Shown: in pieces, positions 24,295-35,885 of the stretch
Position numbering within the stretch: position 1 is the first letter of the stretch
Layout: every line of letters starts with the position of its first letter
NCBI RefSeq assembly: GCF_947568905.1
Contig: NC_079167.1
Span: forward strand, 19,220,001 to 19,284,000
Length of the DNA stretch: 64,000 nucleotides
Direction of reading: 5' to 3'
Source of the DNA: Ostrea edulis
Lineage: Eukaryota
Program-made: the position numbers and the translations under genes
The notes under the pieces: generated by a model
What the model was told of the DNA's origin: nothing
What the model saw: only the letters and a program-made list of their open reading frames with translations
The model's database searches: none

Positions 24295-25284
24295 TTTGAT
24301 ACCCAAATTTACGGACAAGGTGCTGATGATGATGAGTTCTAAATACGAAAGTTGTGTACAGACCGAGGATGAATAGAGTACGATTGGGATAAGTGTAGGC
24401 TCCTCTTACCATCTAACTCAGGTGAGCTAAATAATGTGATTCAGGTGACCTAGATGTACTAACGTTAACATTCATATCCTTACATATGTTACTGTAACAT
24501 GTATATAATTTATCACACTTGATTAAGGAATTGTTCAAAACATGACCTTTTAAAAACATTCTCTCTCTCTCCTTCTTACACCATTTCATTCATCTGTCTT
24601 CAGGTGTGTGTGCATATAAAAATGCTTGCAGTTAAAATAGTGTTTATGTCTAGAACATGTTCACATGCTTTAAGAAAATATCTTGTTATTGATCTCCTGT
24701 GCCGGAACACCAATGAACACTATTAAAGGCTATACTTTCTTCTATGAAAACTGTATCAATGTGATTTTTAGAAATTAAATGATAAATTGATTAGAGCACT
24801 TTATTCTAGTTCTATTATAAACGTGAAAAATGTCGGAAAGCAGAGGATCTAGCGATATCTATCTCACTATGCGAGTGTCAGAATGTTTCTTGAAAATACG
24901 CCTTCTTGTTAAAAGCTTTCAAGAAAACAAATGTTCTTTACAATGGCTTTTTAATTAAAATGAACCGATCGGAGTTATACAGATGGAAACGAATTCAATT
25001 ATTCATTGTTATTCTATTTACATGTATCAGTGTGTTTGAATCATTCTAAAGGAAGGAAGTATGCTTCTACTTTTACAAACACTAAATTAGATAAAGCAAG
25101 CTAAAATGACAAACAACATGACATTCTTTTCCGGAGATATATAAGCGTCACTACGGTTTTGTGTTTAATTTACATCATCAAATGTTCAAAATGGCGATAA
25201 AGTGTCACAAATGTAGACTCATACATGTACATGACGCTTAGAACTTAGAACAAAAGCATTGAGAGAGGAGCGGTTTATTGTTGG

Positions 25285-25510
25285 ACTTTTTGTTTGTTTG
25301 TTTGTTGGTTGGTTGGTTGTTTTTGCCAAAACCAGCCACAACTCGGAATGTCTCATCTGAAAGACCCACGACTCATCCAAATGTCGAGCGTTGGGCGACA
25401 GAGTATATAGTCACTACCTAGTGATTGACACGGCCAAGGTACGAGCGGGGCTTGAACCCGCGACCTCTCGCTAACAAGGCAAGTGCTCTAATCACTGAGC
25501 CACCACAACC
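25285..25510 (-). mobile_element. tRNA-derived SINE
   Basis: Minus strand reads GGTTGTGGTGGCTCAGTGATTAGAGC (A box)...GGTTCAAGCCCC (B box), with anticodon-like loop CTTGTTA, a short body and a (CAAC/CAAA)n tail. Confidence 0.75.
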
Positions 25511-27736
25511 AGTCTCCCATTATCTTGTTTATTCAGAAAATATTGTCCAGAAAATCCTACATCACTGACTGGCTACCACACCTATTGATCATTGAGTTGA
25601 ACCAAATACATAGGCTTACATGTACAAGTTTTGCATAAGAATGATAATAGTAATAATAATCTTTATTTTTAAAGTACGGCATAACAAGAATGAACATTAG
25701 CAATATACTAGTTACAATGTGTATTTACCGACTTGCACGGGTGTTATCGCTAGGCGGTCATTTACATGTTTTTATGTAAAAAAGTCTTATTCTGCATGCA
25801 AGTATGAATTCGATATACTTCAGTTTTGTACTACGTAATTGATTATTAACATGATAAATCACACGGATTTTTTTCAAAGAGTAAGTTTTGCTGAATGTGG
25901 TGAACCACCTTAGAATGGTGTTAGAAAACCAGGTTATAGAAGAGCGATTCTCTCTTCACCGACATATTTTTTACCTGCTGACAATGCGTGCCGTACGGGA
26001 GGAGCTTAGTTTTTTTTGTAAGAAGTTGTTAGGGAAAAGTTATTTCGGTACAAAGTTCTATTCACAAAAGCAATGAAGAACAGGATGCATATTCTATGAA
26101 AAATATAACTGAAATTTAATCAGCATGGAAATAATTACATGTATTTTAATTACATATGAAAACCTGGTAATTCAGATGCAGTACCCAATACAACAACCAA
26201 AGGCATTACTGTTTTTATCCGCGCTAAGCTAAAGAGGGAGGAGCAGGGGGATGCCCCCCCCCCCCCCCCCCCCCCCGACGAAAGGGTTAGAAGTATATTC
26301 GTACTTCCTACAACTTTCGTCCACCATGATTAAAGACACCTTGAATGTCTCCTGTCCCATGCAGTTTCCAGCAAGTTGTATCCCCACATTGGGGGGGGGG
26401 GGGGTATATATATAGTCTACTTTATGTCATTCGGCTACGTCATGATCACTGGGTACGATTTCAAATCATACCTATATGCTCAACTACAACATCAACTGAC
26501 CAACGACATCAAATTCGTTCGATGTACAGTACGTATATTGGATTATCAGCGTGTTTTACGGGCACCTGTTTTTATGTTTTCTCAGGAGAACAAGGAAAAA
26601 TGCAATACTTAAACCTTGATCTTGAAATTCACTGACGTACACAGCATTCAAAATAAATCTGAAAATCCAAAAAGAAATTGATAAGAAATGATTATGTTTT
26701 CCTTTTTAAAGTGTGCTATACACGCAGAAGCTTTTGTAGATTCCTTATCTTGCAGCAGACGACCGTGGTTTCTGGCACACATGCACACTCTTTACCCACA
26801 CATAGGTCAAGCTGAACATGTAAATGTTCACATTTTATGACTTCTCAATACTTTGCCAGGAAAGTGATGTAAATCTTAAAAGACTTGCCTTTCTGTTTGT
26901 GATAACCAGGATTCACGACTGTTCCTGGTGGAGATCACATGATGGATGAAAAAGGATGTTATTTTAAGGACCAATATAGAGTTTTTAAAAGTACCAATTT
27001 ATATCAATAGATATACAGAATGAATTAGTGACGTCATTTTTCCAGTTGCTGCTGAGATGTCCGTTCATAATTAAATCAGGGCATGTGGCCTGAAGGTTGC
27101 CACCGGGAATTAATTAGAAACCTCACTACTGTAGTAACGTTATATAAGGGGGATATTTATGAATATCTTTGTTAGTTTGCCACCATATAAAAGTATTCAT
27201 CATGACTTGTTTCATATATTTAGGTCAAAGTTCAAGGTGATTTTTTCATCCAAAATATTTTCAAAACTTTTTAAAAAATTTTGAAATAATTTTGAATAGA
27301 CTCTTTATTACTTACAGCGTTACAAGTTCAACGATTTCATTTCAAGATGATGTCTAAATGTAGAAGCTGTTCAACAATAATTCATAGCATCTAAAAGCAT
27401 TAAGTGCACCTGTTTCTTTAGTTTTAATGTATTTTATTGTATGACGAAACATCAATACAAATGGTTCGATCTTCAGTTTCTTGTAACTTACAAGGTCTTC
27501 ACTGCCGGGTTTTTTTTTTTTAGATACAGTTTGCCGTAAAATGTATACGGAATTTTGTTAATACAAATTAATTTAAAACAAGGGTGTAACCAACTAATGA
27601 TGGCTAATAACTGGCTGAATCAAAAGACAGAGGGAATTTCTAAGATTCGCTTTTCATACCTATAGATATACGATTCAATTACTAAGTTGTTTCCATTCCT
27701 CCCCCACAAACGCATCCTGTGTTGATGAAATGGAAG

Positions 27737-27957
27737 GGTATCTGTAGCTACATAGCGCAGGCCCGGCAATATGTCACCACCCACTGGGCTTGGTATCTGT
27801 AGCTACAGAGCGCAGGCCCGGCAATATGTCACCACCCACTGGGCTTGGTATCTGTAGCTACAGAGCGCAGGCCCGGCAATATGTCACCACCCACTGGGCT
27901 TGGTATATGTAGCTACAGAGCGCAGGCCCGGCAATATGTCACCACCTACTGGGCTTG
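27737..27957. repeat. 55-bp GC-rich minisatellite x4
   Basis: Unit GGTATCTGTAGCTACAGAGCGCAGGCCCGGCAATATGTCACCACCCACTGGGCTT at 27737, 27792, 27847 and 27902. Confidence 0.97.
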
Positions 27958-28490
27958 GATGAGAGAGAAGCAAAACGGGATGTTTAGTCAATCAATAGTT
28001 TAATTTCAAATATTTCATTAAATTTTAATTGTGATAGAAATTTATAAACGTGGGTATTACCATATCTAGTAATTAATCAATGTAGTAATGTATTTTAATG
28101 GTTGTGTGAGAACTAGAAAAATGGAAATAAAAACAAAATCCGAAAGAATCTACACGACTTTAAAAACGCATGCAAAATGCAGTGCGCAGTACCGGTATAC
28201 CAACAAACATATTGGATTTCTTTGGACTGTGATTGCTAGCGCCCTCGGGCTATAGCATATACGTTAGTGTGTTTGCAGCTAATGCGCATGCTTGTGCGCC
28301 ATAGTGTGGCATTCTGGGATTTATATAGAACAGTAGTCTCGAGTTTTATTTTACAGTTAAATCCCTGATGATGAAAACTTTTTACACAAGAAATAAAAAT
28401 GTGTTCAATGATTTACAAGTAGCTATCTGATTTTTATTTTGCTGGCTAATTATATGGTACACAGGTTCCACATATTGATATTGCAACTTG

Positions 28491-28584
28491 TATTCTGGTC
28501 CCCGCCCCCGCCACTCATTGATCACTCGTTTTGTGGTCCCCAAAATGAGTGATCAATGAGTGGCGTGGGGCGGGGACCAGACTA
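28491..28584. mobile_element. 94-bp near-perfect palindromic mini-element
   Basis: TATTCTGGTCCCCGCCCC-CGCCACTCATTGATCACTCGTTTT pairs with AAAATGAGTGATCAATGAGTGGCGTGGGGCGGGGACCAGACTA. GC-rich island in AT-rich DNA. No clear TSD. Confidence 0.7.
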
Positions 28585-30074
28585 AGTTACAAGTAGCCTA
28601 AAATATATTAATTTGTTTTACATGATGAATCATTGATAACGCTCATACACTTGTAATGTTTTAAATACCACGCTGGATATTCGGATAATTAAGAACCGGA
28701 TCGGACACAAAGATCCGAGTCAAAGATTTAAAACGCCGTTTTGGGATATATACAAATATTCACTCCCAGTGATCGTTTCACTTAGGTACTTGGCTTTGAT
28801 GGTCATATTCAAGACCTGGTTAATGTAGTTTCCCTGGATGATTTTCCTTTTCTGTGAATGCGAATGACCTCGCATTTATTAGGGATAAATGTCATTTACC
28901 AATTTCTATTCTGTGTATTACATTGAATGTAGGCTAATTATATATACACTATCTTTCTATCACGTTTGCAATACCGATAAATAAAATTCCCAAACATCAC
29001 TTGCAGAAAATAAAGGTCTTTAAAACTATATAAATTCTAAGTAATTTAAATTACTGTGATATAAATTTTACAATTAATCGAACATTTCTAATGACCTCTA
29101 TTTGCATAGTAGATGATAGATATGGCGCTAGCACCCTAATCTTTTTGTTGTTGAGATAAGCTTATTATACATAACTTTGAATATTGTATCAAACGTATGG
29201 GACTCGGTGATTCACACAACTTTATTTCATTTCTGTGAAATGTGTTATTTCACTCATTACAAGGAACAGTGACTCGGTATGTAGGCGCTGTAGTGTAGAA
29301 ATCATTTTTTTTTTCTCAGCCAATCAAATACCGTAGTGGCCATCGCTCCGAAATGTAACGAATCTGTCTTTAGATCAGCGTTAGACTTAGCCTGCAGTCG
29401 TTCTAGATACGAAAGGTGGATTATAGTCAATCATATTTCCATAATGGAAATCAAATTGCTTCGAATAGTAACAAATTCTGATGGAGAATCTGGATCGGGG
29501 TTACCGGCATGATAAGCTGTGGTCAGCGCATGCGTAATGCAAGATTGAAAATTTTGAATTGCTTATTTTTGATTATTGATGTTTCAGTTGGTAAAGCATA
29601 TTCTTTATGTGAATATGAAGGTGTCCATATCTCACAAATATAACGTATTCAGTGTACCTTTTAAGATGGCGGCTGTCAACTTTGTCTGAAACAGACAGTT
29701 GTACACAGGCACCGAAGCCGATGACCCCAAAATTCAACATTACCATGTGATAGCATTAGCTGTTGGTGTGTTGATGCATAAAGTATTTAAAGCGCGTGTT
29801 AGCGCGTTATGAAAATTTGTCTGTATACTGTTACGCCTTATCTAATTATGATCGTAAACTTTTTTTCTTGGGAGTTTTCTCCTTGCTTGTGTCGTTTCTG
29901 TAAGCTCAACTGCATACAATGGTGGATCTATTAATCAGCTACTTTACAATGTATTTTGTTTTAAATGATAATTTTTTTTAATAGTGTATGCATACCCTGT
30001 ATGGCTGTAGGTGTCTGTATATAAATGACAAATTATCGACCGTGTCGTAAAATCAGTTAAAAAACACATAGACG

Positions 30075-31160
30075 GTGAAAACATACAAACATGCAGACTG
30101 AATACAAACATACAAACACACAGACTGTATAAAGACATACAAACACGCAGACTGTATACAAACCTACAAACACACAGACTGTAAAACATACAAACGCAGA
30201 CTGTAAAAAGCTCTACAAACACACAGACTGTAAAAAAAAAAGCTCTACAAACACACAGACTGTAAGACCAAACAAACACACAGACTGTATAAACATACAA
30301 ACACACATATTGTAAAAACATACAAATACACAATCTGTATAAAAACATACAAACACACACAGAATATAAAAACATACAAACACACAGACTGTATAAACAT
30401 ACAAACACACAGACTGTAGAAACATACAAACACACAGACTGTAGAACCATACAAACACACAGACTGTATAAACATACAAACACACAGACTGTATAAACAT
30501 ACAAACACACAGACTGTATAAACATACAAACACACAGACTGTAAAAACATACAAACACACAGACTGTAGAAACATACAAACACACAGACTGTATAAACAT
30601 ACAAACACACAGACTGTAAAAACATACAAACACACAGACTGTATAAACATACAAACACACAGACTGTATAAACATACAAACACACAGACTGTATAAACAT
30701 ACAAACACACAGACTGTATAAACATACAAACACACAGACTGTATAAACATACAAACACACAGACTGTAGAAACATACAAACACACAGACTGTATAAACAT
30801 ACAAACACACAGACTGTAAAAACATACAAACACACAGACTGTAAAACATACAAACACACAGACTGTATAAACATACAAACACACAGACTGTAGAAACATA
30901 CAAACACACAGACTGTAGAAACATACAAACACAGACTGTAAAAGGCTCTACAAACACACAGACTGTAAAAAAAAAATCTCTACAAACACACAAACTGTAT
31001 ACAAACCTACAAACACACAGACTGTATAAAAATATACAAACACAGACTGTATACAAACACACATACTTTATAAAAACACACAAACACAGACTGTATACAA
31101 ACATACAAACACACAGAATGTAAAACATACCAACACAGACTGTATACAAACATACAGTTT
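30075..31160. repeat. 25-bp minisatellite, ~40 copies, with degenerate tail to ~31430
   Basis: Unit AACATACAAACACACAGACTGTATA. Source of the artefactual C/V-rich minus-strand ORFs. Confidence 0.97.
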
Positions 31161-32029
31161 GTAAAAACAGACAAATACAAACGTACAGAATTATGAAACA
31201 ACATACAAATAAATCTAAATGGATAAAATAACATACAAACAAATGTACAAACACTATATAGAATAACATACAAACATACATGGTACGAACAAATATAAGA
31301 TAGCATATGAAAGGAAAAAAACTGACTGTATAAAATAACATACAAAAGAAAAAAATTATAAACATCATACAAACAAATGTACAAACAATCAGACTGCATA
31401 AAACAACATAGAATTAAACAGACTGTATGAATGTACATGCCTTGTCATTATTTACTTTATTAACTGGTAACTAAGGACACCGGCTCATTCCAATTTCCCC
31501 CAGAAGTTGAATGAACAAGCACAAAGATTCTAATTAATAACGTTTCTTCCACAGATCTGCGTTCTTTAGTTCGTTATACTTTGATCAATGAATGATTAGC
31601 TGTGGTGATTGTTTTAACTTCTCCGTGTAGAAAGATCAGCGACCTTTAGTGGTTGCGACATCTTGGATATTATACATGTACTGGACCGCTGTTTGCGACT
31701 ACCAGAAGTCAGAATTTATCGCTTTATGCATTTTACGAATTTATATGAAGCACCCAGAAGATTTATCATAGACACTAATATATTGTCGCAAGCCTTAAGG
31801 GACGGGGGTTTTGTACAGATGGAATAAATCGCGCACTGAGATAATTTACCGTATCTAAAATATGCACAGACTTCAATATGATCTCCGTTCTATTTATTGA
31901 GTTTGGTTAATGATGAGTGCCAGCAACCAGTTCGTAGTTCGTACATAAAGCAAATCTAGTAACAGACTTTGATGCTGGATGAAAATCATTACTTAAGTGA
32001 TTCAAGTATCAAATAAAATGAAATTTATA

Positions 32030-32400
32030 AAGTTAGGCTTTTAACAATTTCGATTTTTGTTTCTTACTTTCGTTTTTTAAGTCCTTGATAACATGATTCA
32101 CAGTAACATTGTAATCAAGGCATAATTTAACTTTGTTTCTTTACTCAGGCTTTTAGGAATTTCGATTTTTGTCTCTTCATGCTTTTGTTTTTAAAGTCCT
32201 CAATAACATAATTCACAACGATACTGTATTTATTGCATAATTTAACAAATTTGTTTTCTTTATTTCAGGCTTTCAACAATTTCGATTTTTGCTTCTTCAA
32301 ACGTTTGTTTTTTAAGTCCTCAATAACTTGATATTCACAACAACTCGGTCTTTTAACTATTTTGATTTTTGTCTCTTCAAACGTTTTGTTTATCAAGTCC
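32030..32400. repeat. Degenerate T-rich tandem repeat, 3-4 units of ~100-125 bp
   Basis: Recurring AATTTCGATTTTTG...TTTTTAAGTCCTCAATAAC..ATTCACA just before the gene 1 last exon. Confidence 0.7.
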
Positions 32401-32448
32401 TCAGTCATATGAACTTATAAGAATGAGTTATACGATATCTTATTTCAG

Positions 32449-32751
32449 AATGATCTTGTCTCGCTGCTGTACTCCTGCTTTCCCTGCTGTTGTTGTTTGC
32501 GGAGCTACCTACCATACAGAAACCAGAGATTCGGCCACATGACGTCACGGTATGCCAGCGTTTCCAAATCCTCACCCTTCGGTTCTCACCGTTCCTGGGC
32601 GGTGTCATTCCGGACATATCAAACCGGAAGCTTGAGTTCAAGGTCACACCTGAGCAGCACTCGAAGGCAGATGCGTATCAGTATTAATTCCAACAAATCT
32701 ACTCCCAGTGTTAAAAGTAGCAGGACACTTGTACATGGCAATAATATGTAG
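32449..32751 (+). CDS. GPCR gene 1, last coding exon (helix 8 and C-tail, 100 aa + stop)
   Basis: TTTCAG acceptor (ends 32448), phase 0. NDLVSLLYSCFPCCCCLRSY... aligns with gene 2 ADLVVLLHNWFPWSHCLRN...; Ser/Arg-rich tail; TAG stop. The ORF track starts too late. Confidence 0.85.
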   Translation, partial: NDLVSLLYSCFPCCCCLRSYLPYRNQRFGHMTSRYASVSKSSPFGSHRSWAVSFRTYQTGSLSSRSHLSSTRRQMRISINSNKSTPSVKSSRTLVHGNNM

Positions 32752-32784
32752 TCACCATCTTTTGATGTGGTTTGTACCAAAAAA

Positions 32785-32790
32785 AATAAA
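32785..32790 (+). promoter_or_regulatory. Candidate polyadenylation signal of gene 1
   Basis: AATAAA 34 bp after the stop codon. Confidence 0.45.
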
Positions 32791-34423
32791 AGTGATTTAT
32801 AAAGTGTAGTTTAAGTACGTAATATTCCATTTCGTGTTGTTTCATTAATTAACTTGTACAGAAAAGTGGTTACAATAATATAGGAACTTGATCCCATGAT
32901 TCGAACTAAGTCAAATAAACAGGTGCGGATCATTAAATCCAATTTGATGCGTTGCTTCTCGTTTGATCTGTTAATCCAGTGCCTGTCACCAAGACTCGTT
33001 CTACCTCTCCAGATAAGTTATTGAAGTGGTGAGAAACTTACAATTCCCCCTCTGGATGTAAGATTTTTTTTATTGTTCCCTTGATTTCATTTGAACATAT
33101 CGTATATATGAATTCGTACAAAAGTTGTTTTCAAAAACAAAACTTTCATGATTTTTTTTCTCCTAGAGAACATGCAACGTTACAAATTGCCATAATTATA
33201 TTCATATGAAAAATTATTGCAAATGTTGAATAAAGAAATTATTAACATGTGTAGCGTATAAGAAATATCAAAACTCAAAAACATATATATTCGTTTAGAA
33301 AATAAAACAAATTTTTACATGAAATGAATGTAAATATACTGTAGATGTATGTGTAAATGATTTCATTCCACCAAACTCTTTGATAATTTTTTTTTTTTTT
33401 GTAAACTGCTGAAAAAATGATGATATCTCATACAGAATTTCGACTCGAACTTTTAGAAAGAGACTGTCCGGATCCAATGTTTTAGATAAAGTGATGAGTT
33501 TGCTTATTTTCAAAAAGGGGACAGACAGATTTTCGGATGTCGACTGCATATTTTTAACCGTAATAATTGCGCATATTGGTCTTGATATGTAACCAGCTTT
33601 GCAGTCATGAAGCATATTTTTCATGTTATTGCATTCCTGAAAATCTATTAAGCCTATTTCCATGTCAGATTAATATGAAAAGCATGTCAATAATTTCCTC
33701 TCTGCATCGTACTTCAACAGCCATTATCACGATTGCAACTCTAGGTTTTAAGATCTCTTTATCAATATTTATGCAGGTGAGCAGAACTTCTAAAAGTCTC
33801 TTCAATGTGTTGAACACGTTTTTTCTGTCTGAAAAAAAAATAACATCCATGTATATAAATCTATAGCAAGTCAAAACGTTCATGATTTTTTTCTCGTGTT
33901 TGCAATATATATAGCCAAAAATCCTTAAAGTAAGAGCGCGTCTTGACAGAACCCTAGTTATTGACAAAGCACTTCTCGGTTGGTGCTAGTGGTAGCTTGC
34001 AACCTGAACAATGATAATAATTAGTATCGTTTACCCTCTGATGTATATATCACGCACTTAACCACGGGGAGGAATGTTTGCTGATGGGGTTTGCATTCTC
34101 CTGCCGTTTGGGCTGAACTGGTGGTCCTGAACATCAAGAGCAATATCGTGTCACGTGATCGATGAAGTGCTGGTCAGTGATTACAATTTTTCAAGAAGTC
34201 GTGTATTCCCAGTTGTGGACTTCACCAATTATACACTGTTAAAGAAGGATTTAAGGATTACAGGATGTATTTAAATTACTTCTATTTAATGCCAGGATTT
34301 TAGTTTTGAGATGAATAGCTGTAACAGACAAAGGTTTCTCGATATGAACTTGATATGCATCTATGAGGATTAGTAAGGAGAAGAAATGTGTTTTACTTAA
34401 TGGGAATCAAATATATTTAAGAC

Positions 34424-35233
34424 ATGAAATCAACGAATATTACCGAGAATTCGGAGATTACAACCGCTGACATTTCTTTCAATTTTTCCTGTGTTGATGG
34501 AGCGGATATGAATTTTTCGGAATTCTGTAACTATTCTGGAAGCACGCCGTTTCCTTTTAAAACACCAGCAAGTGAAGATGAATTGTCAACGAACGCTTTG
34601 ATAGGATTAATATTTCTATATTCTATAACAACCTTTCTCTCTTTGGCGGGAAACGTTTTAGTGGTCCTAGTGTTCGTGAAAGGGCGTCGATCGAGGACGG
34701 ATCTAAGGCTCTTCCTAATCAATCTGGCAGTCTCTGATCTAATCATGGCCGCATTTTGCATGCCTTTCACCTTTGCTGACAGTATTATGGGCTACTGGGT
34801 GTTCACGGCCCCCTTGTGTCCCATAGTGTTATTTTTTCAAATTTTCTCCGTATGCGGAAGTGTTTTTACCAACGTTGCCATTGGGATTGATAGATTTATG
34901 GCTGTCTCCTTCCCCCTACATTCTAGAATTACATATAGACGTGGGAAATATGTAATTGCTTTGGTTTGGATCTGTGCGTTTTCTCTGTCGGTCGTGCAAC
35001 TTTTCATTGGTCGGTCCTCGGTGTACAAGGGTCGAGTGATCTGTAACGAGGAGTGGCCCCACCCTAACTCCCGGGCCCTCTACACCCTCTTTATAATGAT
35101 CTTGACCTACATGCTGCCCCTCATCATTCTCCTCCTCACCTACACGATAGTGGGGATAATGCTCTGGAAGAGAACCGCTCCGGGAAACAAACACTACGAA
35201 AGAGACAGGCATCAACTGCGATCGAAAATTAAG
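34424..35233 (+). CDS. Neuropeptide-type class A GPCR gene 2, exon 1 (N-term to ICL3, TM1-TM5); RYamide/luqin-leucokinin-GPR83-like
   Basis: N-glycosylation sequons (NIT, NFS, NYS), GN in TM1, LAVSD in TM2, TM3 Cys, DRF, ECL2 Cys (ICNEEWP), ICL3 TAPGN...RD. AAG|GTATTT donor at 35234; 270 codons. Subfamily from recalled motif similarity only. Confidence 0.95.
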
Positions 35234-35539
35234 GTATTTATCAAATTATTTCACACACATCAAAATTCAACAAATAAAAGGGAGGAGTAGACCAGTAATA
35301 ACTGACTATAAAGATCATGAAAATTAAACCATACGCATCAAAGGTCCAAACGCCAAAACATCAAAGGTCTAAATGCCAAGTTGCGCAGAAAAATCAAATT
35401 AATGAAAAAAGAAATGTGTAGTTTGTATGTAGATGATCAAGTAATGAATGAAAGGGATAACCTTGTGTCAGAGTTAGAGGCCATTACCTGGACCAAATGC
35501 AACCTCGCTGTTATCAATTTCTTATTGTCTCTTCATTAC

Positions 35540-35885
35540 AAACTTATGACCCATTAAAAATTTAAACTTTCTTTTGTGCCAACGAAACCTTGACATTCAT
35601 CAAATGACCCTATGTGAGGGCTATAACTCACCACCTGGCTAAGGGCAACCGTTCTCCCCAGTATGAGTTTCTGATATAGTTCTGTTAGAAAGTTATAGCC
35701 CCCTTCCAATTTTTTTGCTAACGGCCTTGACCTTCCCATAAGCAACCTTTGTCCCAAGTATGAACTTGCAATATTGGTGGGTTTTTTTCAATTAGAAAGT
35801 TAGGACTTAGACAAAATTGATTTAGACGTATGGATAGACAGACAGATTCTTATGTACCCCTATATTTTGCGAAAGTATACATAAT
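35540..35885 (+). mobile_element. Degenerate HINE/pearl-like fragment
   Basis: GGCCTTGACCTT...CCCAAGTATGAA core, GACAGACAGA microsatellite and TATGTACCCC end motif. Confidence 0.45.

Noticed and set aside
25430-25510. Functional tRNA-Thr gene
   Set aside because: The acceptor stem does not pair well and the sequence runs into a SINE body and simple-repeat tail.
26245-26404. Long poly-C/poly-G runs here and elsewhere as a G-quadruplex system
   Set aside because: Scattered homopolymers with no positional pattern, and their lengths are error-prone.
26345-26635. Overlapping 96-aa and 78-aa ORFs
   Set aside because: They start in a poly-G run, have no recognisable domain and have no clear splice pair.
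29944-31438. 474-aa and overlapping Cys/Val/Tyr-rich minus-strand ORFs
   Set aside because: They are translations of a stop-free 25-bp minisatellite, open in all three frames; no domain or splice support.
33295-33967. Two adjacent minus-strand ORFs (100 and 122 aa) between the genes
   Set aside because: No recognisable motif, and the AT-rich composition fits chance ORFs. A tBLASTn/HMM search would be needed to revive them.
35234-35290. ORF-track extensions beyond splice sites (also 16950-17024, 49162-49185, 49396-49497, 55160-55201)
   Set aside because: Intronic read-through. Homology stops at canonical GT/AG sites shared by both paralogs.
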